Assembly (NCBI GenBank): GCA_029262755.1
Contig: JAJCYU010000156.1
Coordinates: 1-38,506 of the forward strand
Origin: Anaerolineae bacterium
GTDB lineage: Bacteria > Chloroflexota > Anaerolineae > Epilineales > Epilineaceae
DNA length: 38,506 nucleotides
Reading direction: 5' to 3'
The position numbers and the translations under genes are program-made. Below are positions 33,690-38,506 of the stretch, piece after piece; position 1 is the stretch's first letter, and the number at the start of each line of letters is the position of its first letter. Under the pieces are notes generated by a model, which made no database searches, was not told where the DNA came from, and saw only the letters and a program-made list of their open reading frames with translations.

Positions 33690-33935
33690 TCGTAGCAGCA
33701 GGTAGGCGGGCGAACGAGAGACAGGCAGGCAAGAGGCAAGAAAGCGGCACGTGAGTCGGCGAGCAAACGTTTGGCGAGTCGTAGGCCGGCGAACAGCAGG
33801 ACAACGAATCCGAAGACACGAACGCCCTCCCACCGACCCCGCGCCGCACCGACCCCGTGCCGCCACGGCCCGCTCCTCCACCGCTGCATATACGTTTCTA
33901 ACGCGGCCCACGTGCCGCGGCCACCGTAGGCACCC

Positions 33936-33941
33936 TATACT
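33936..33941 (+). promoter_or_regulatory. Candidate -10 box (TATACT) for dnaJ-prmA-rsmE
   Basis: Hexamer ~120 nt upstream of the dnaJ ATG in a GC-rich spacer. Confidence 0.45.
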
Positions 33942-34061
33942 CTTGCGCGTGAGGCGGGGGCGCTCCATGCGCCGCCGCCCAATCCGCATCGTGCGGCGGA
34001 CCGGCATTGCGCCCGCTGCACGGTGAACCGCCGACCGACCACACCGCGAACGAGACGATCC

Positions 34062-35204
34062 ATGGCACAACAGGACTACTACGCGGTATTGGGTGTGGAG
34101 CGCGGTGCGGCCCCGGAGGACATCCGGCGCGCCTATCGGCGCAAGGCCAAAGAACATCATCCAGACGTCAACGCGGACGACCCCGACGCCAACGTCCGAA
34201 TCAAGCAGATCAACGAAGCCTACGAGATCCTGAAGGATCCGCAGAAGCGCGCCGCCTACGACCGCTACGGCCATGCGGGCGTGCGCGGCACGGGCGGCGG
34301 CGCTCCGCCGGGCAGCGTCGATATCGGAGATCTGGGCGATCTCTTTGAGCAGGTGTTCGGCTTCGGCACCCGCGGTCGAGGCGCACCACGGCCACGCAGC
34401 GGCCCGACCCCCGAGCGCGGCGCAGACATGCGCGCGCGCGTCACCCTCGACCTCGAAGAGGCCGCCTTCGGTGTGACGAGCTCCGTGGACGTCGTTCGGC
34501 GCGAAACCTGCGACGACTGCGAAGGCGTCGGCGCAGCCGAAGGCAGCAAACCGGTCCCGTGCTCGCAATGCGACGGCACCGGGCAGGTGCGCAAGGTCCA
34601 GCAGAGCGTCATCGGCAGCTTCGTCAACGTCCACACCTGCCCGCATTGCCAGGGCCAGGGCTTCGCGATCGAGAACCCCTGCCCCTCTTGCATGGGCCGC
34701 GGCCGTACGCAGCGACCGCGCACCCTTGAGGTGGACGTCCCCGCCGGCGTCGAGCGCGGCATCCAAATCCGGCTCACCGGCGAAGGCGAGCACGGTCGCT
34801 ATGGCGGCCCGCCGGGTGATCTCTTCATCGCGATCGACGTCAAGCCCCACCCGCGCTTCCGGCGCGACGGCAACGACCTGCACGTCGAGGTCCGCCTCAA
34901 CCCGGCCGACGCGGCCTTGGGCGCGCAGATTCCGGTGCCGTCCTTGGACGGCGAGCAGTCCGTGCGCGTGCCCAGCGGCACCCAATCCGGCGACGCGCTG
35001 CGCGTGCCCGGCCTCGGCGTGCCCCGCCTGCGCGGCATCGGCCGCGGCGATCTCGTGGTCACTACGGTCGTCGCCACGCCGGAGAAACTCACCCGCGAGC
35101 AGCGCGAGCTCATGGAGAAACTGCGCGACACCCTACCCAGCGCCGAGGTCATCGAGCAAGACCGCGGCTCCTTCTGGAACCGGGTGCGCGAGCGCTTCAC
35201 GTGA
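34062..35204 (+). CDS. dnaJ: Molecular chaperone DnaJ
   Basis: J domain DYYAVLGV...HPD; G/F region; four CxxCxGxG repeats; GPPGDL. Confidence 0.98.
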   Translation: MAQQDYYAVLGVERGAAPEDIRRAYRRKAKEHHPDVNADDPDANVRIKQINEAYEILKDPQKRAAYDRYGHAGVRGTGGGAPPGSVDIGDLGDLFEQVFGFGTRGRGAPRPRSGPTPERGADMRARVTLDLEEAAFGVTSSVDVVRRETCDDCEGVGAAEGSKPVPCSQCDGTGQVRKVQQSVIGSFVNVHTCPHCQGQGFAIENPCPSCMGRGRTQRPRTLEVDVPAGVERGIQIRLTGEGEHGRYGGPPGDLFIAIDVKPHPRFRRDGNDLHVEVRLNPADAALGAQIPVPSLDGEQSVRVPSGTQSGDALRVPGLGVPRLRGIGRGDLVVTTVVATPEKLTREQRELMEKLRDTLPSAEVIEQDRGSFWNRVRERFT

Positions 35205-36259
35205 GCCCCGCCGCGGACTCGCCGTCGCCGATGTCACCGCCCAATTCCGACCCGAGCGACTCGATCGACCCCGCTACGAACCCCGCAATCGACCCCTCCA
35301 CCGACCACGCGATGGACCCCGCAGCCCGCGCCCGCGCCAACGCGCGCCGCGCGGACGGCAGCGTCGGTCCGCTGATCGAGATCTCCGTGCCGGCCGAAGG
35401 GGAGCTCGTCGAGCCGCTCTACGAGCTCTTCGTGCGCCACGGCGCGGGCGCCGCCATCGAGACCCGACTGCGCGACGACGTCTCCGGTGCGCCCGACGCG
35501 CCCGAAACGTGGGTGCGCACGTGGATCGCCGCCGACGACGCGGACGCGCGCACCGCCATCGAAACCGGTCTGTGGCATCTGGGCCGCATCCTGCCGCTGC
35601 CCGAAGCCACGGTGCGCGAGCTCGCCGAGGCCAACTGGGCCGAGGCGTGGAAGGCCCATTGGACCGCACAGCCGGTCGGGCCCTTCCTGATCACACCCAC
35701 CTGGCTCGATCCCGAGTCCACCGACCCCGACCGCCTGCCGCTACGCCTCGATCCCGGCACCGCGTTCGGCACGGGCCAGCACCCCACGACCCGCCTGTGC
35801 CTCGAAGCCGTGGCGGAAGCGGTGGCCGAAGCGCCCAACGCGCGCGTGCTCGATGTCGGCACGGGCAGCGGGATCCTCGCCATCGGCGCCCGCCTGCTCG
35901 GCGCGCGCGAAGTGCTCGGCGTCGACATCGACCCACGCGCCGCGGAGACGGCCGCCGCCAACGCGGCCGCCAACGGTGTGCCCTTCCCCACCCGCGCCGG
36001 TTCGCTGGACGTGGTGGAGACCGAGCCGCCCTTCGACATCGTGCTGGCCAACCTGCTGGCGCCCATCGTCATCGAGCTCGCGCCCGGCATGGCCGCACGC
36101 ACACGCACCGGCGGCCTGCTCATCGCCTCGGGCGTGCTCGACACGCAGGTCGACGAGGTCACCGCAGCCCTACGCACGGCCGGCTTCGGCGAAGCGGAGG
36201 TGCGCTCGGACGGCGATTGGGTGGCCATCCTGACCCGCAAGGAGCCGCCCGGCGCATGA
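35201..36259 (+). CDS. prmA: Ribosomal protein L11 methyltransferase PrmA with repeat-derived N-terminal extension
   Basis: NWAEAWK, LDPGTAFGTGQHPTT, VLDVGTGSGILAI, GVDID, LANLLA, ASG; position after dnaJ. Confidence 0.95.
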   Translation: MSPAADSPSPMSPPNSDPSDSIDPATNPAIDPSTDHAMDPAARARANARRADGSVGPLIEISVPAEGELVEPLYELFVRHGAGAAIETRLRDDVSGAPDAPETWVRTWIAADDADARTAIETGLWHLGRILPLPEATVRELAEANWAEAWKAHWTAQPVGPFLITPTWLDPESTDPDRLPLRLDPGTAFGTGQHPTTRLCLEAVAEAVAEAPNARVLDVGTGSGILAIGARLLGAREVLGVDIDPRAAETAAANAAANGVPFPTRAGSLDVVETEPPFDIVLANLLAPIVIELAPGMAARTRTGGLLIASGVLDTQVDEVTAALRTAGFGEAEVRSDGDWVAILTRKEPPGA

Positions 36260-37029
36260 GCCAGCCGCCCTCGTTGCGCCTCTTTGTCCCCTTGGAGAGC
36301 CTGGTCGACGGCCGCCTGCGCCTCGCCGGCGGCCCCGCCACCCGCGCCTACCTGCGCGGCGCCCGCCCCCAGCGCATGCTCTTCGCATTGGACGGCGCGG
36401 GCTGGCAGCACGAGGTCGCCATCGAGCACGCCTCGTGGGAGCGCATCGAGGGGCAGGTGATCACGCGCAGGCTCGCTCCGGAACGGCGCACCAAGATCTC
36501 GCTGCACCAGGGCCTCCTGCTCCCCGCCGACTCGCGCCGTCTGGTCTTTGCTGCCGCGGCCGCCGGCGTTGTGTCCTTCGCTCCGCTCATCACCGACCAC
36601 AGCGTCCTTCCGGGTCTGGACGCCGCCACGGACGATCTGGTCGATCTCGCGGAGCTGGCGCTCGAGGGCGCGGAGATCGCCGGCCGCGGACGTCGCCCCG
36701 CCCTACGCGAGCCCGCCCTCTTCGACCGCGCCCTGGATGAAGCCGAACGTGCCGGTGAATCGATCGTGCTGGTGGACCCCCAGGGCAAATCCTTTTCGGA
36801 GGCCACCGACCGCCGCCCCTTCGCCCTCGCCCTTCTCTGCCCACCCCCGGACGGCTTCTCCACCGCCGAACGCGAGCGCGCCGTAGAGCGCGGAGCCACA
36901 GTGCTCGCGGTGCCGCCCGATTCTCTACCCGATTCCGTAGCGGCTCCTTCCCGGCCGCTCCGCCTTGCGCTCGCCGCACTCGACCTGCTCTATGCGAGCC
37001 TCGAACCCGACAACTTCGAATCTGTTTGA
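36256..37029 (+). CDS. rsmE: RsmE-like (16S m3U1498 methyltransferase family) protein, strongly degenerate
   Basis: ATGA overlap with prmA in the canonical dnaJ-prmA-rsmE order; remnants LDGAG, ISLHQGL, GVVSFAPLITDHS, GFSTAE; canonical motifs altered. Confidence 0.7.
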   Translation: MSQPPSLRLFVPLESLVDGRLRLAGGPATRAYLRGARPQRMLFALDGAGWQHEVAIEHASWERIEGQVITRRLAPERRTKISLHQGLLLPADSRRLVFAAAAAGVVSFAPLITDHSVLPGLDAATDDLVDLAELALEGAEIAGRGRRPALREPALFDRALDEAERAGESIVLVDPQGKSFSEATDRRPFALALLCPPPDGFSTAERERAVERGATVLAVPPDSLPDSVAAPSRPLRLALAALDLLYASLEPDNFESV

Positions 37030-37055
37030 CCCACCGCCGGCCGGCATCGTATAAT
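37026..37055 (+). promoter_or_regulatory. Sigma70-type promoter TTGACC-N18-TATAAT
   Basis: TTGACC at 37026-37031 overlaps the rsmE stop; TATAAT at 37050-37055. Confidence 0.7.
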
Positions 37056-37125
37056 CGCAAGGTTGTGTCTGGCCCCGGCCGAGCGCACCGTTGCGCCGGC
37101 CTTTCCGAGAGGCGACTGTTCCAAT

Positions 37126-37878
37126 ATGCCCAATCGCATTGACACGCCCGAATACTGGATCGAAGACTTCCAGCCGCAGAAAGAAGAACTCGCCGCGTTG
37201 GAAGCGCATATGCTCGAGACGTTGGCCCCGGCCGGCGTCGAGACCTTGGCCGGCTTGCTCATCCGCGGCCGCGTAGACCGCGCCTTGGCTTCCCGCAAGA
37301 AGGCCGCGGACGGCAAGGGTGTTCCCTACATGCCCACCGATAGCTACGAGAAGGGCCAATCTCTTGTCTTCCCGGCCCTCGATGGAGCCAAGGGCACCAT
37401 CGGCAAGGTGCGCAAAGGCAACAACCCGATGTACGGCGATTACCAAGTGCTGTCGGTCAAGATCGGCAGCGACGCGCGTGAGTTCGCAGCCGGCATCGGC
37501 TGGGACCACGCTCTGACGTCCACCCAAGCGGATCTGGACGCGGACCTGCTCGTCGACCGCTACGCCTCCGTCATCGCGCCCCAACTGCGCGAGCGGCTGC
37601 ACGGCACGGGCGACTGGCTCGGCGCCGGCAACAGCTGGATCCTCAAGTCCTTGCTGCCCGAGGTCAACGCGGGTCATCGCAACCTGGCCGAGGCCATCCT
37701 TATGCTTGCCAACGAGCCGCTGAGCGCCGACAAGCTGCTCGACGAGATTGATCTGGACGGCTCCGTGTCCGAAGAGTCACGTCGCCTCGCGTTGGAGCTG
37801 GCCCTCGAAGACGACAAACGATTCCGCAACGTGGGCGCGATCGAGTCGCCTCTCTGGACGCTCGACTCCCAGACCTAG
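37126..37878 (+). CDS. Conserved hypothetical protein (Chloroflexota-type) with a possible C-terminal winged helix
   Basis: Promoter and GAGAGG upstream; motifs YEKGQSLVFPAL, GNNP, REFAAG; C-terminal LAEAIL...PLSADKLLDEI...LEDDKRF. Confidence 0.8.
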   Translation: MPNRIDTPEYWIEDFQPQKEELAALEAHMLETLAPAGVETLAGLLIRGRVDRALASRKKAADGKGVPYMPTDSYEKGQSLVFPALDGAKGTIGKVRKGNNPMYGDYQVLSVKIGSDAREFAAGIGWDHALTSTQADLDADLLVDRYASVIAPQLRERLHGTGDWLGAGNSWILKSLLPEVNAGHRNLAEAILMLANEPLSADKLLDEIDLDGSVSEESRRLALELALEDDKRFRNVGAIESPLWTLDSQT

Positions 37879-37960
37879 CCGCGTCGACCGCACTACACCG
37901 ACGCGCTTCTCGTTCTCGCCTCGCGGGCCTCTCGGCCACGCCGCATCCCCTGGACGGACT

Positions 37961-38371
37961 ATGCACGCTCTCGCGGATATCTCGACCCCCTTCCACATCG
38001 ACTTCGACTGGTGGCGGAGGAACGAGCGCAACCTCGGCCGTTTCCTCTCCGAGATTCTCGGCGAGCAGACCCCGGAGCTGCCCTCCGAGGATGCCATCGA
38101 CTACATCGACCCTCACACCGCCGAGGTCCACCAACTCGATCCGCTGTGGGTCAAGGTCCTTGTCCAGCGCGCTCACCAGCCCGACTTCATAACATCCGGC
38201 ACACCCATGACCAGCGCCGTCCTGCGCGCGCTCGTCGAGAACCGCAACGTGCCGATGTCCCCCGTGGAACTGCAGCGCCGCATCAACCGCTCCACCCCGG
38301 AGACCATCCTGCGCGTGCTGCGCACCGCCCAGCAGCGCTACGGCATCTTCCCGATCGAGCGCACCGCGTAG
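37961..38371 (+). CDS. Conserved hypothetical protein (Chloroflexota-type) with C-terminal HTH-like segment
   Basis: TPFHIDFDWW, IDYIDPHTAEV, PMSPVELQRRINRSTPETILRVL; coding-like third-position GC bias. Confidence 0.8.
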   Translation: MHALADISTPFHIDFDWWRRNERNLGRFLSEILGEQTPELPSEDAIDYIDPHTAEVHQLDPLWVKVLVQRAHQPDFITSGTPMTSAVLRALVENRNVPMSPVELQRRINRSTPETILRVLRTAQQRYGIFPIERTA

Positions 38372-38506
38372 GCATCTCGCTGCGCGCTCCGGCAGCCTGC
38401 CTGCGGGCAGTGCTTCCATGCGGAAACCGACCAACCCGACCCCGCGGCCGCGCCTCGACGCCGGCCGCGTTGTCGTTGCACGCTGCGGCGGGTCGATCGC
38501 CCGACG

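Noticed and set aside
34726..36255. 767-aa ORF 34726-37029 as one protein or a frameshift fusion
   Set aside because: The first 510 codons are an off-frame shadow of dnaJ/prmA; only the part from ATG 36256 is RsmE-like
27979..38506. tRNA-Sec, SECIS elements or UGA-readthrough selenoproteins near selB
   Set aside because: No tRNA cloverleaf or T-loop seen in the spacers; TGA stops coincide with normal family C-termini or start/stop overlaps
38372..38506. Intrinsic terminator after the last gene
   Set aside because: GC-rich stems are possible but there is no U-tract; no convincing Rho-independent terminator was seen anywhere in the window

Overview
High-GC (roughly 70% by eye) bacterial chromosomal segment. 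It is most likely Chloroflexota (Anaerolineae-like), inferred from C-terminal 'YLPL'-type tails, a GAAC-N4-GTTC box and the style of the hypothetical proteins. From left to right: an 81-bp tandem repeat next to a related 120-nt hairpin; a GH-fold/LysM-like protein; a small membrane protein; a small toxin-antitoxin patch (orphan gene, truncated partner, intact Phd-PIN pair); dnaE with a ~400-aa low-complexity insertion and a candidate LexA box; a Cys-GAF kinase/NarL-type two-component pair; a secreted S8 protease; GT4-GT4-small ORF-GT9; a bicupin and an MgtC/SapB protein; a second large S8 protease; a coiled-coil-selB-GT2-priming phosphoglycosyltransferase operon; hrcA-(no grpE/dnaK)-dnaJ-prmA-degenerate rsmE; and two conserved hypothetical genes. 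I found no rRNA, tRNA, CRISPR array, transposase or integrase. The most unusual signals are (i) the structured repeat with conserved blocks and fixed-length variable blocks at 1-326, (ii) pervasive in-frame 12/15/18-nt minisatellite insertions in many unrelated genes, (iii) an intact RsmE that has lost its catalytic motifs, (iv) an apparently SOS-boxed, leaderless dnaE, and (v) a possible surface-protein sorting/glycosylation locus. All family assignments come from motif recognition by eye; no database searches were run.
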